From an uncultured virus (IMG/VR IMGVR_UViG_3300025400_000009) (lineage: Duplodnaviria; Heunggongvirae; Uroviricota; Caudoviricetes), in the IMG/VR virus record IMGVR_UViG_3300025400_000009: DNA of 64,000 bases; one strand, written 5' to 3'. A program made the translations under genes and the position numbers. Below, one piece after another: positions 37,348-49,500 of this stretch. Position 1 is the stretch's first letter, and the number at the start of each line of letters is the position of its first letter. The notes under the pieces were generated by a model. The model was given only the letters and a program-made list of their open reading frames with translations. It ran no database searches and had not been told where the DNA came from.

Positions 37348-39714
37348 ATGGCATTTGATGAACGAGCAAGAGTCCCTCCCAAAAATTCAGGACCATTCAT
37401 TGCGGTTATTACTAATCATAACGACCCTTTAAAAATGGGTCGATTAGAAGTTGCCCTGATAGACGGTATGCAAAACTCCACTACTGTCAAAGGAGAAACC
37501 TATGTTGCCAAATATTTAAGTCCATTTAGTGGCGCAACTTCTGTTGACTATGAAGGCTCCGATGCTTCCAAGTTCAGCGATGTACAAAAGAGTTATGGCT
37601 TTTGGATGATACCTCCTGACATCGGTAGTAGAGTTATGGTTATTTTTGCACAGCAAGATCCTAACCAATGTTATTGGATCGGTAGCGTACAAGATACATA
37701 TCAAAACTACATGATTCCTGGTATTGCGGCTTCGTCATCGACTTATATGACATCTGAGCAGCAGCAAAAATATAGTCAGGCTACCTATTTGCCAGTGGGC
37801 GAATACAATAAAAAGACTGAGTTATTAAAAGATCCTAGAATCGATCAAAAACCTAAACCAGTTCATCCATTCGCTGATAGACTTTTACAACAGGGTTTAT
37901 TAATGGATCCTGTTCGCGGTCCTACATCTAGTAGTGCTCGCAGAGAAACACCTAGTCAGGTATACGGAATCAGTACACCTGGCCCATTAGATCCCAAAGG
38001 ACCTGTTAGAGCCATTAACGGTGATAAGAATGTTGTTGCCCCAGTTAGTCGATTAGGTGGTTCTACATTTGTCATGGACGATGGTGATGTCAACGGACAA
38101 AATGAACTAGTTAGAATCCGTACAAGAACAGGACATCAAATCTTGTTACACAATACCAATGATTTAATTTATATCGGTAACTCTACAGGAACAACATGGC
38201 TTGAAATGACCAGTCATGGTAAGATAGATATATTTGCTCAGGATAGCATTAGTATTCATACTGAAGGTGATTTTAACTTTAGAGCAGATAGAGATTTTAA
38301 TTTAGAAGCAGGCCGTAACTTTAAAATCACAACCATGGGATCAAATGCTGGAGATGTTAGTATAACTTCTGGCGGCAACTTAAATGTTACAGGAACTAAG
38401 TTCTTAATGTCGTCGCCGGGGGATTTTAATCTTTCAGCAGGCGGCAATATGAATTTACATACCGGAGGAACTTATGGATTAAGTTCTAAATCTGATATAA
38501 ACTTATTGTCTGGTAAAAATTCTAATCTAACCGCAACATCGCAGTTTAATATAAAATCTGGTTTTAAAAATGTAGTAGCAATCACTGCTGGTACAGATAT
38601 ATCTTTAAATGCTAAAGATTCTGTTACTGTGGGAAATACTACAGATTCCCCTCCAGTGTTGTACACTGACAACTCCAGAACTCCTACTGTTGCCGATGCT
38701 GCTACTGCGCCTACAGTTACAAAACCTATATCGCCGACATTATTCAGTGTGCCGGTCCGAGATGTTTCCAAAGGTTGGCAAAATGGAAACCTATATAATG
38801 GCGGCACCTTATTGACAACTATGCAACGTGTCCCTATGCACGAGCCATGGGATCAACATGAAGATGTTAATCGTCTACAGTTTTCGTTGGCATATACTGA
38901 TGCTGGAATAGGTCCCAGTGTTAGAGCTTCTAATGGATCAGTCATTCCTGCAGGACCTAGTGCAAATACCCCTTATCCTGCACAAGCTGGTCCAGGCATA
39001 GATAATGGCGTAGTTCGCGGACAAAAATTCCCATGGAGCACTGATCAACCTTTCTTGGAAGCAGTTAAGAATGTAGCTGAAGGATTTAATTTTGACCCAT
39101 TAGATTTATTAGCAGCAATGTGGAATGAAACTGGCGGAACATATGATCCTGCTATTAAGAATCCATTAGGATCAGCTACAGGATTGATACAATTCTTAGA
39201 ATCTACTGCTAAGGATTTGGGTACTACTACAGCACAGTTAGCGCAAATGACTCGTCCTCAGCAAATGCAATATGTGCAGAAATATTTTAGTAAAGCCGGT
39301 TGGCCTAGTGGACAAGCACCTAATCCTACTATTGCCAATGTCTACATGACAATCTTCTTACCGAAGTTTAAGTTTGCATCTCCAACCACAGTGATTGCAG
39401 ATGGTACACCAGGATCTCCAACTTATCAATGGTATGCTCAAAATAGTGGGTTTGATGTTGCTCCTAAACAAGGTGTTATTACACCTGCTATGGTTGCTGC
39501 CAAAGCAAGTTTGCGTAGAATTTCTGTAGTGAATTGTTTAACTGCTGCTGGTGTGGGCATTGTCAAAGGTAAACCGGATTACTTTGTAGTTCCTGCACCA
39601 AGTACACCTAATGCTGGAACCCCTGTTACATCTAGTGACGGTACTATTGTTACAGATGGTTTGGGTAATCCTGTTACTACTTCTCCAACTTCTAGCTTTT
39701 TAGGTGGACCATAA
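37348..39714 (+). CDS. gp5: Central spike, gp5/VgrG-like, with C-terminal lysozyme-fold (SLT-like) domain
   Basis: DPLKMGRLEV and YGFWMIPPDIGSRVMVIF...YWIG OB-fold, RTRTGHQILL, beta-helix repeats, then WNETGG..DP..KN..GSATGLIQF...TAKDLG. Confidence 0.8.
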   Translation: MAFDERARVPPKNSGPFIAVITNHNDPLKMGRLEVALIDGMQNSTTVKGETYVAKYLSPFSGATSVDYEGSDASKFSDVQKSYGFWMIPPDIGSRVMVIFAQQDPNQCYWIGSVQDTYQNYMIPGIAASSSTYMTSEQQQKYSQATYLPVGEYNKKTELLKDPRIDQKPKPVHPFADRLLQQGLLMDPVRGPTSSSARRETPSQVYGISTPGPLDPKGPVRAINGDKNVVAPVSRLGGSTFVMDDGDVNGQNELVRIRTRTGHQILLHNTNDLIYIGNSTGTTWLEMTSHGKIDIFAQDSISIHTEGDFNFRADRDFNLEAGRNFKITTMGSNAGDVSITSGGNLNVTGTKFLMSSPGDFNLSAGGNMNLHTGGTYGLSSKSDINLLSGKNSNLTATSQFNIKSGFKNVVAITAGTDISLNAKDSVTVGNTTDSPPVLYTDNSRTPTVADAATAPTVTKPISPTLFSVPVRDVSKGWQNGNLYNGGTLLTTMQRVPMHEPWDQHEDVNRLQFSLAYTDAGIGPSVRASNGSVIPAGPSANTPYPAQAGPGIDNGVVRGQKFPWSTDQPFLEAVKNVAEGFNFDPLDLLAAMWNETGGTYDPAIKNPLGSATGLIQFLESTAKDLGTTTAQLAQMTRPQQMQYVQKYFSKAGWPSGQAPNPTIANVYMTIFLPKFKFASPTTVIADGTPGSPTYQWYAQNSGFDVAPKQGVITPAMVAAKASLRRISVVNCLTAAGVGIVKGKPDYFVVPAPSTPNAGTPVTSSDGTIVTDGLGNPVTTSPTSSFLGGP

Positions 39715-39724
39715 ATAGTATATC

Positions 39725-40171
39725 ATGCCCTATAAATCACTTGTAATCACTAATGCTGCCACAGTTTATCAACAACCTGCTAAGACTAGCCAGTTTTATG
39801 TAGGGTTTAGTAGCGTGGATATTTCTAACACTAACTCTAAACTTTATGATTTAGATTTAATTATGCAAGACATTCTAAATCAGTTCAACACACGCAAGGG
39901 CGAACGTGTTATGAACCCTGCATTTGGTTCTATAGTCTGGGATGTTATTATGGAACCAATGACAGACGATATTTTTCAACTGTTAAGTAACGATATAAAA
40001 ACTATTTGTACCAGTGATCCTAGAGCATATCCTATTAAAATGAATGTAAATGAACAACCAGGGGGCTACCTGATCGAAATCACAATGGTTCTAACTGGAA
40101 CTAATCAATCCCAATCGATGATTTTAAACTTTAACCAATCTACTGGGTTAACTGCTCGAACTGTACAATAA
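39725..40171 (+). CDS. gp25: Baseplate wedge protein, gp25 family
   Basis: DILNQFNTRKGERVMNPAFGSIVWD...EP...DPR motif; CATAAATA at 39710-39717. Confidence 0.9.
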   Translation: MPYKSLVITNAATVYQQPAKTSQFYVGFSSVDISNTNSKLYDLDLIMQDILNQFNTRKGERVMNPAFGSIVWDVIMEPMTDDIFQLLSNDIKTICTSDPRAYPIKMNVNEQPGGYLIEITMVLTGTNQSQSMILNFNQSTGLTARTVQ

Positions 40172-40191
40172 TATATGCGGTTTATAGCTGC

Positions 40192-40199
40192 TATAAATA
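40192..40199 (+). promoter_or_regulatory. Late promoter TATAAATA
   Basis: Exact consensus 18 nt upstream of gp6 ATG. Confidence 0.65.
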
Positions 40200-40217
40200 C
40201 GGTATAGATAAAAAATT

Positions 40218-43200
40218 ATGACTATCCCAACCACAAAATCAAAATTACTTATTACACAAGATTGGACAAAGATTTACCAATCGAAATCTAATGCAGAGTT
40301 TCAAAGTTACGATTTTGACACCCTTCGTCGTATTTTAATCAGCTATCTTCAAGAAAACTATCCTGAAGATTTTAACGACTTTATTGAAAGTAGTGAGTAT
40401 ATTGCCTTAGTGGATCTTATTTCTTATCTAGGACAAAATTTAAGTTTCCGTATCGATTTAAATGCACGTGAAAACTTTTTAGAAACAGCACAGCGCCGCG
40501 ATAGTATTCTGCGTCTAGCACAGTTAGTAAGTTATATTCCTAAACGTAATGTACCCGCAAGTGGTATGTTAAAGATTTCTGCGGTTACAACTACTGGAAA
40601 TGTATTCGATGCCAATGGCAATAACCTAGCAAACAATCCGATTATCTGGAATGATGCTACTAATGCTAACTGGTATCAACAGTTTATTACAATTTTAAAT
40701 ACCGCAATGCCTGGCTCTATGTCATTTGGTACTCCAAATGATAGAAACACAAATCTAAATGGAGTTTACACAGAACAATATATTATTAATAGTTCTAATA
40801 ATGATGTGCCGGTGTTCAGTTTCAATCAAAATATCAACGGATCTTCGATTGATTTTGAAATTGTTCCTGCTACTTTTTCTGGACAAACTTATGTTTATGA
40901 AGATACACCGTTGCCAGGAGCACCTTTTAAAATAATTTATCAAAATGATAACCAAGGCCCCGGTAGTCCTAATGCAGGCTTTTTTGCAATGTTTAAACAA
41001 GGTAGAATGTCGGCAAGCGGATTCTCCCTAGTAAATCCAGTACCTAACGAAATTGTAGGTATCAATGTTAATAATATCAATAACTCCGATGTATGGTTAT
41101 GGCAACGTAATCCTAACGGACAATATTCTACATTATGGATACAGGTTCCGGCAATCAGTGGAAATAGTGTTATCTATAATAGCCTAAGTCTAAACAATAG
41201 AAATATCTATAGTTTAAGTACTAGGGATCAGGATCAAATTGATTTAAACTTTTCTGATGGTAACTTTGGTAACTTGCCTACAGGACAGTTCCAGTTGTTC
41301 TACCGTCAAAGTAACGGAAATACATACACCATTAAGCCTGAGCAAATGGCAGGTATAACTGTTAATATTCCATATGTTGATAAAAATGGATTAAATCAAA
41401 CATTAAGTTTGATCTTAAATCTTGAATATACTGTAAGCAATAGTGCTCCGGCAGAATCAAATATTTCTATTCAACAAAAAGCTCCACAACAATACTATAC
41501 ACAAAATCGTATGGTTACTGCTGAGGATTATAATATTGCTCCGCTAACTTATACAACCAATGTTCTTAAAATTCACAGTGTTAATAGAATCAGTAGTGGA
41601 GTAAGCAAATATTTTGAACTTAGCGATGTTAGCGGAAAATATAGCCAAACAAACATCTTCTGCGATGATGGCATTTTGGCAAAAAACATTACAAGCTCCA
41701 CAACTTCTTTTAGCTATGCTACACAAAATGATATTTGGGCAGCATTTAAAAATGATTTAGATCCTGCGATTGCAAGTACCGAATTATATTCCTTCTATTT
41801 AGATTTATATAGAAAATCTCATCCTGTTTTATCTAATCCAACATTTAATCTTACATGGAACTTGTCTAATGTTGTTGCTGGTCAAAGTCGAGGATATTTC
41901 ATGGGATCTATTCCGACCATAACAGGTCAACCTAATCCTATTGTATCTCCTCAGGCAGTTGGACCACAGTACGCATCTATTTCTTATGTATTATATTATG
42001 TCACACCAGGGGCAATGATTAAATTTAGAGCACCTGACAATGTAGACAATCAAACTCAATACTTTGATGCCAATGGAAATATTACAACAACTACTCCTAG
42101 TCAAGATCCTACAGTTTCCTTATATCTATGGACCACCGTACAACAAGTTATTGGTACAGGCTCCAACAACGGTTTAGGAAATCTTAGCGATGGCACCGGT
42201 CCTATTATTTTAACCAATGTTATACCTGACGGATGTATCCCTGTGGAAGTTGTGCCTGCATATTCTAATAGCTTAGGGTATTCATTTGAAACTAGTCTTA
42301 TTAACTTATGTTCTTCTAAACTAACATTTGGTCTAACAATCAATACTTCTACAAGAACATGGAATGTAATTTCAAGTAATAACTTAAATCGAGCATTTAT
42401 CACAGACACTTCGATGTTTGATTATGCTGGAGATACAACAAACGGTCAGTTAGATGCTAGTTGGTTAGTAATGTTTATGTGGAATCCAACTTCACAAAGT
42501 TATCAAATTATATCGAAGAATGAACAGTTTATTTTCCAAAGTGCTACTCAGACTGGATTCTATGTAGATAACAATAAAATAAATTTCGACTACACAAATA
42601 ACTCAGTAGTCAAAGATAAAATTACTGTCTTGTCAGTTAATGCAGCAATAACCAATACTAATGCAATAGTTAAAGGATTTCCACTGCCTACAGATTATAC
42701 ATGGCAAATTGATAACTCAATCGTTGAAGCAGACGGGTATATTGATCCATCCACTGTGGTGATTAGTTATTATCAAGATCAAAATAGTCAACAGTTTAGT
42801 CAAATTTCTAATCCAGATAGTTTTAATAACATTGTTGGAGATAATACAACCCTAGTTACATTAAATGGTTCTACTGTTACACTCCCAGGCCGAAGCAATT
42901 TAAAATTCCAATACCAACATAATCCAAGTAATGAAGTTAGAATTGATCCTGCCAAGAGTAACATCATTGATGTTTATATGTTAACCTCGGCCTATGATTC
43001 TGCATTTAGAAACTGGCTATTAACTGGTAATGGTACAAAACCTATTCCTCCAACAACCAATGCTTTAGAAAATAATTATTCAGCTGACCTTGAACCGATA
43101 AAAACAATAAGTGATCAGATTGTTTATCAACCAGCTGTTTATAAAATACTTTTTGGCAATAAAGCAGAACCTAAGTTACAGGCAACATTTAAGGCTGTTC

Positions 43201-43511
43201 AAAGTCCAACCAGTGTTTTAAGTTCTAACTCTATTAGAAGTAAAATATTAGATGGGATTAACTCTTTCTTTGCCTTGGAAAACTGGGACTTTGGTCAAAG
43301 TTTTTATTTTAGTGAACTATCAACTTATATTATGAACATGTTAACACCTGACATTACAAACTTCTTGATTGTCCCGGTATCCAGCAACTTTGGAAATCTA
43401 TATGAAGTTTCGTGCCAAAACAATGAAATTTTTATCAGCGGAGCAACCGCAGAAAATATACAAGTTATTTCGGCAGCAACCGCGGCACAGTTAAACATTA
43501 GTGGAAGTTAA
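40218..43511 (+). CDS. gp6: Baseplate wedge protein, gp6-like (1097 aa)
   Basis: YDFDTLR..L..YL, ENFLETAQRRDSILRLAQLVSY.PKR, F.DGNFG.LP, APQQYYTQNRMVTAEDY. Confidence 0.88.
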   Translation: MTIPTTKSKLLITQDWTKIYQSKSNAEFQSYDFDTLRRILISYLQENYPEDFNDFIESSEYIALVDLISYLGQNLSFRIDLNARENFLETAQRRDSILRLAQLVSYIPKRNVPASGMLKISAVTTTGNVFDANGNNLANNPIIWNDATNANWYQQFITILNTAMPGSMSFGTPNDRNTNLNGVYTEQYIINSSNNDVPVFSFNQNINGSSIDFEIVPATFSGQTYVYEDTPLPGAPFKIIYQNDNQGPGSPNAGFFAMFKQGRMSASGFSLVNPVPNEIVGINVNNINNSDVWLWQRNPNGQYSTLWIQVPAISGNSVIYNSLSLNNRNIYSLSTRDQDQIDLNFSDGNFGNLPTGQFQLFYRQSNGNTYTIKPEQMAGITVNIPYVDKNGLNQTLSLILNLEYTVSNSAPAESNISIQQKAPQQYYTQNRMVTAEDYNIAPLTYTTNVLKIHSVNRISSGVSKYFELSDVSGKYSQTNIFCDDGILAKNITSSTTSFSYATQNDIWAAFKNDLDPAIASTELYSFYLDLYRKSHPVLSNPTFNLTWNLSNVVAGQSRGYFMGSIPTITGQPNPIVSPQAVGPQYASISYVLYYVTPGAMIKFRAPDNVDNQTQYFDANGNITTTTPSQDPTVSLYLWTTVQQVIGTGSNNGLGNLSDGTGPIILTNVIPDGCIPVEVVPAYSNSLGYSFETSLINLCSSKLTFGLTINTSTRTWNVISSNNLNRAFITDTSMFDYAGDTTNGQLDASWLVMFMWNPTSQSYQIISKNEQFIFQSATQTGFYVDNNKINFDYTNNSVVKDKITVLSVNAAITNTNAIVKGFPLPTDYTWQIDNSIVEADGYIDPSTVVISYYQDQNSQQFSQISNPDSFNNIVGDNTTLVTLNGSTVTLPGRSNLKFQYQHNPSNEVRIDPAKSNIIDVYMLTSAYDSAFRNWLLTGNGTKPIPPTTNALENNYSADLEPIKTISDQIVYQPAVYKILFGNKAEPKLQATFKAVQSPTSVLSSNSIRSKILDGINSFFALENWDFGQSFYFSELSTYIMNMLTPDITNFLIVPVSSNFGNLYEVSCQNNEIFISGATAENIQVISAATAAQLNISGS

Positions 43512-43513
43512 TA

Positions 43514-46500
43514 ATGTCAACATCAACAGTACATTCAGTTAACCTATTACCAACATATCTACAAACAAATAAAAATTCTAAATTTTTATCAAGTACTATT
43601 GACCAGTTGATTCAACCGGCACAACTTGAGCGATTGAACGCTTACATTGGTTCTACATCTACTCCAACATATCACATAGGCGATTCTTATGTTCAAGAAT
43701 CTACTGCATTAAGACAAGCATATCAACTAGACCCTGCGTTAGTAACTAACGATATTAACGGGGTTATTCAAAGTGTAGTTGCCCTTGACGATCTTGCCAA
43801 TGAGATAGCATTGGAAGGTGGCCTAACTAACAATTTTGATAGACTATTTAGAAGTCAAGTATATCCTTATTATCCTCAAATAGCAATAGATAAACTAGTA
43901 AACTATGAAAAATATTATTGGTTACCTGAGGGTCCGGAGCTAGTTAATATTGATCAAGCAGATCTTGATGTTGCAAATCAAGTCATTGGACAATCAGATG
44001 TTGTACTTACTGTAGGCAATAATAGTGTACAGTTATTAAATGGTATGATGGTTACTTTCAGCGGCGACGGTGTTAGTAATCAGTACAAATACAAAGAGTT
44101 TTTTGTAGAAGGAACAGGTACATCTATTGTATTGGTTCCCTATGACAGTTTAATCACTCCTGAAGTATCTGCTCAACAAAATCCTGATTTATTTGATAAG
44201 GCAGGGTTTGATATGTTGTCTTTTGATGACAACAGAAATATACCAGTTGATCCTCAATACATTACCATTAATCGTGCTAGTAAAGATCTAAATGCATGGT
44301 CTAGAGCCAATCGCTGGGTACATGAAGATATTATTATAGCCAGTACTGCTGCTAATAATGCAGAAGTTAAACTACCACCTTTGCAAAGAGCGTTAAGACC
44401 TATTATTGAATTTAATGCAGATATTAAACTTTTTAATCACGGTTCTGTTGCTTACAAATATGTTGATGTAGTTGACAAATATACTAAAAATGCGTTTTTA
44501 ACTATTTCTGGAACTACTATTCCGGGAACATCGAACACCAGTACTGTAGTTGTAGATGGTATACCTTTAGAGCATGGTTATCGAATCATTTTTACCAATG
44601 ACACAGATCCAACAGTACAAAATAATATCTATCAAGTTAACTTTGTAAACATCAACGGAACATATAAGTTGGTATTATTGCCAGCATCTGATAACATGCC
44701 TGAAGAAGGCGCATCTGTTATAGTTACACAAGGTACTGTATTTGGCGGAACTACATTATGGTATAATGGCACAACATGGGTATCTGCTCAACAAAAGACT
44801 GCTACTAATCAAGCACCACTATTTGATTTGTTTGACGAAAACGAAGTAAGTTATTCCGATACTCAATACTATCTAAGTAATTTTACAGGTAACAAAATAT
44901 TTGGATATAAAATTAATAACAGTAATCCTGTTGATTCTATATTAGGCCTACATGTTGATTATAGGAATATTTCTTCTATTGGAAGTTTCTTATTCACAAA
45001 CTATTTTGGAACTGATCAGATTACAGTGTCTTTATCTGGAACTACTGTTGATGTTGTTCCTACTAGTAAGACTTTCTTTAAAATAGGCAACAAATATCTA
45101 AATGTTTGGGATTCGCTACTATCCCCTCCGATTAACATTAATAGCACAGGCTATTATGATGTTCCTTTGAGTTTAACTAATAATCCGTTGAACAGTTATT
45201 TGACTGATTTTACATTAGCGGACTTTGATCAACAAGCTGTAACAAATACACGTTTAATTTCTAATGGAAATAACCCAATGGCGTTTGCTATGATGTTCAT
45301 TGGTAAAAAATCAAATAGTGTGATTGATGCTATTGAGAAGTCTTCTGATGCTTATAATCAGTTTAAGTTGGCATTGATTGCACAGGCTTCATCTATTGCC
45401 GATGTAACTGATCCTGTAAAAGTCCTTGATGAAATTTTAACTAAAATAAATCTAAGTAAAACTTCTTTAAGTCCTTATTACTTGTCTGACATGGTTGCTT
45501 ATGGTGTTGATAAAAAAACATTAACCTATACTGTAACTAATCCCAATGTTGTAACATACTCTATCAACTCAGAATTTAATCTAACTGCTAGTTCTAATAG
45601 AAGTGTACTGATTTATCTAAACGGTCGTCAGCTAACAGCAGGACAAGATTATACATTTGATCCTTATGATGCTGGTGTAACTTTTTCTATAGTATTATCT
45701 GCGGGCGATGTTATTACCATTAATGATTATAGAGATACCCGTGGTAGCTTTATACCTCCTACCCCTACTAAACTAGGATTGTATCCTAGCTTTGTTCCTA
45801 AAATCTATTCAGACAATACCTATGCTAGCGGCCCAGTAAATGTAATACAAGGGCATGATGGTAGCATTATGTTAGCCTACAATGATTATAGAGATGCAAT
45901 CATTTTAGAATATGAACTACGTGTTTTTAATAATCTTAAAGTAGCCTATAGACCTGAACTATTCGATGTTAACTCATCTAATCCTGGCGCATTTAGAGAT
46001 TCTCTAGGAACAAGTAACTATAGTTTAGACGAAGTTAATAAGATTATACAGCCTTCTTTTATCAAATGGGCAGGTACATATGGTATTGAATATATTACCA
46101 ACAACTCGTTTGATATTAACAATCCATTTACTTGGAACTATACTGGTTCTGTTTATAAAGGATTACAATATCCAAATGCATCTGCTGGTACAGGAATATC
46201 TGTTAGCGGATCTTGGAGAGCAGTATTTGAATATTTTTACGATACCGATAGACCTCACACTGCACCTTGGGAAATGTTAGGATTTGGTAAACAACCTAGC
46301 TGGTGGGATGCTGAATATGGTGTTGCTCCTTATACATCTGGTAATACAAAAATGTGGACAGATATACAAGCAGGTAACATCGCTCAGGGCCCTATTGCTG
46401 GTATTAACACTTTCTATGCTCGTCCGGGATTACTTGATATTCTTCCTGTAGATGAGTTTGGAAACTTATTATCACCGACTATTATTGGTTTAGTAGCACA

Positions 46501-49500
46501 TGCTGCTTCTCCTAATATTTCTTATAACTGGAACATTGGTAATCGAAGTCCTGCCGAAACAGCATGGCGTAGAAGTAGTTATTGGCCATTTGTTGTTCAA
46601 CGATTGTTAGCATTAACACAACCAGCAACATACTGTGCATTAATGTATGACCCTGCTAATATGAGTGTCAATAAAGCCGGACAGTGGACATATGGTTCTG
46701 CTTATTCGTTCTTGCAACTACCTAGTATGCCGATCCACGGCGAAAGTGGAGTTGCTACTAGTGGCTATGGTGTTTTTGTTAGTGAAGTAGGTCAACAAAG
46801 AACTCAAAACTATATTAATGAACTACGACAAGATTTAAAATATGTAAACTTTAATCTGTTTTATAAAGTAGGAGGATTTGTAAATCCCAATACCTTACAA
46901 ATCATTATTGATGCTTACGAACCTACAACAACAGCGCCGGGTGCTATATTACCAAACGAAAGTTATTCTTTAATTCTTAATACTAGCAATCCTATTCAAA
47001 GTATCGGTATTTCTGGAATTATTGTACAACGTACAGATGCTGGATATGTTGTTAGAGGTTATGACAGACAACAACCTTATTTTACATATTATCCTGCGGT
47101 TAGAAATGCCAACACTCCTACCATCACTGTTGGTGGGGTTACATCAGACTATGTAGCATGGACATCGGCAACTGGTGTCGGTGATAGGAACTTAACATCT
47201 CTTGATACAACTACTGCTAAGGCTGCTCCTTCTAATATATTTTATCAAGCAGGACAGATTGTTCAATACGGTAACAATTTCTATAGAGTATTGGTAGGTC
47301 ATTCTGCTGAATCAACATTTGATGCTAGTTTATATCAAATATTACCATCAATACCTACTACCGGTGGTGCCACTGTACAAGTTGCAAATTCCTTTAACAA
47401 AAATTCTGTAAAAGTTCCTTATGGTACAACTTTCACTAACATACAAGATGTATACGATTTAATCATTGGCTATGGTGCTTGGTTAACTGATCAAGGATTT
47501 GTATTTGAACAGTTTAATACCAATTTAGGAACCAATGTTGATTGGCATCTAAGCGGAAAAGAGTTTTTATATTGGAGTACACAAAGCTGGACATCATCTG
47601 GTGTTATTACATTGAGTCCCTTTGCTGACCAACTAACATTCCAAACTACAAACTCGGTAGTTAACAATATATTTGATAACTTCTATGAGTATAGTATTTC
47701 CAAGGCAGACGGTACCCCATTCCCTCAAAATAACTTATTTGTTGCTCGTCAAAGCGGGCAATTTACAATCAATGTTATTAATAGTGTTGAAGGAATTTAT
47801 TTTGCAAGATTGCTTTGTATACAAAAAGAACATGCCATAGTATTTGATAATACAGATATTTTTGGTGATATTATCTATGATATTGAAACAGGTGAACGAC
47901 AAGCAAGAATGAAACTAGTAGGGTTTAGAACCGCCAACTGGAACGGTGATTTCTTTGCTCCGGGATTTTTGTATGATGAAGCTAAGGTAGTCGAATGGAA
48001 ACCATTTACAAACTATCTTGCCAGCGATGTGGTAAAATACAATAGCCAATATTATAGTGCTATCTCTAATGTAGCAGGTACTAAGAGCTTTGTATATACT
48101 CAATGGAATATATTAAGTTCAAAACCAACAGCTGGTTTATTTTCTAACTTTGATTACAAAGTAAGTCAGTTTAACGATTTTTATAGTTTAGATATTGATA
48201 ACTTTGATTCAAGTATTCAACAGGCTGCACAAAATTTAACTGGTTATACTCCACGACCTTATTTGAATAATATATTCAGTGACCCAATCAGTCAGTATAA
48301 GTTCTATCAGGGAATGATACGTGAAAAAGGCACTGCAAATCCGATTATTAAGTTAGCCGCAGCCACTATTCAAAACTTAAACAGTAAAATAGAGTTTAAT
48401 GAAGAGTGGGCTTTCCGTGTAGGACAATACGGCTCATTTACAACTTATAATGAATTTGAAGTACCGTTAAAAGAAGGAACCTTTGTAGAGAACCCACAGA
48501 TTATTAGTTTTGTCGAATCGGTTCCAAAAGAAAGTAATAGTGTAATATATTATGCTACACCTAATGAACTAACTATTGGAACTGGCACATTACCTACAGT
48601 AGCAACAAGTACATCTACTGCTACGCTACAGTTATTACATGCAGGTTATGTGCGTTTTGATGATGTTGATGCAACAGCCTACAACTTTAGCAGTTTACTA
48701 GATATTGCCAACAACGATGTTATTAATGATGGTACAACTGTCTGGTTAGGATTTAAGCCAGATGGATCTTGGGATGTATTGCGTTATACATTCCGCTCAG
48801 CTGACATTATTGATGTTAATGCCACACAACCATTTAGTCAAATAACATTTACAACTAGCGGAACACATTCTTTATCTGTGGGACAGTTAGTTTCTGTAGT
48901 TAACTTTAATAGTGAAGTTAACGGAGTTTATACTATTTTGGAAATACCAAGCAACACTGAGTTTACAGTTGCTAGCACTCTAGGATCTATAGATTTTAAT
49001 AATCCGTCAAGCCCTGGTATGTTGTTTACTTTTGACTCTATTAGAGTTGAAACATTTGACAACTTACCTATTGACCAAACTCTGTATCGTTACAATCTCG
49101 GAAGTAAAGTATGGGTTAATACAGGTAATGGAACTGACAACAATGGTTGGGCAGTTTATGAAAAAGTATTAAACTATACCAATACTGATGTTAAAAGCAT
49201 ATCAAGTATTTCAAACGAAGGACTTGGTTATAGTATTTCTAAACCAAAAGGTAGCAAGATACTAGCAGTGGGTTCTCCATATTATACAGGAACCAATGTC
49301 GGAGGATTTGTATCTGGTAATGTAGGTTTATATGAGATTAACAACAACAAACTACAAGCAATCTCCTTTTACCAAATGTATAATACTGCTGGTACTGGTA
49401 ACTTGTATGGATATTCTGTAGCATATAATCCTATACCTTTTAGTTCTTCTACCTACGGATTAATCTTTGCCGGAGCCCCGGGAGCAAATAATAATGCTGG

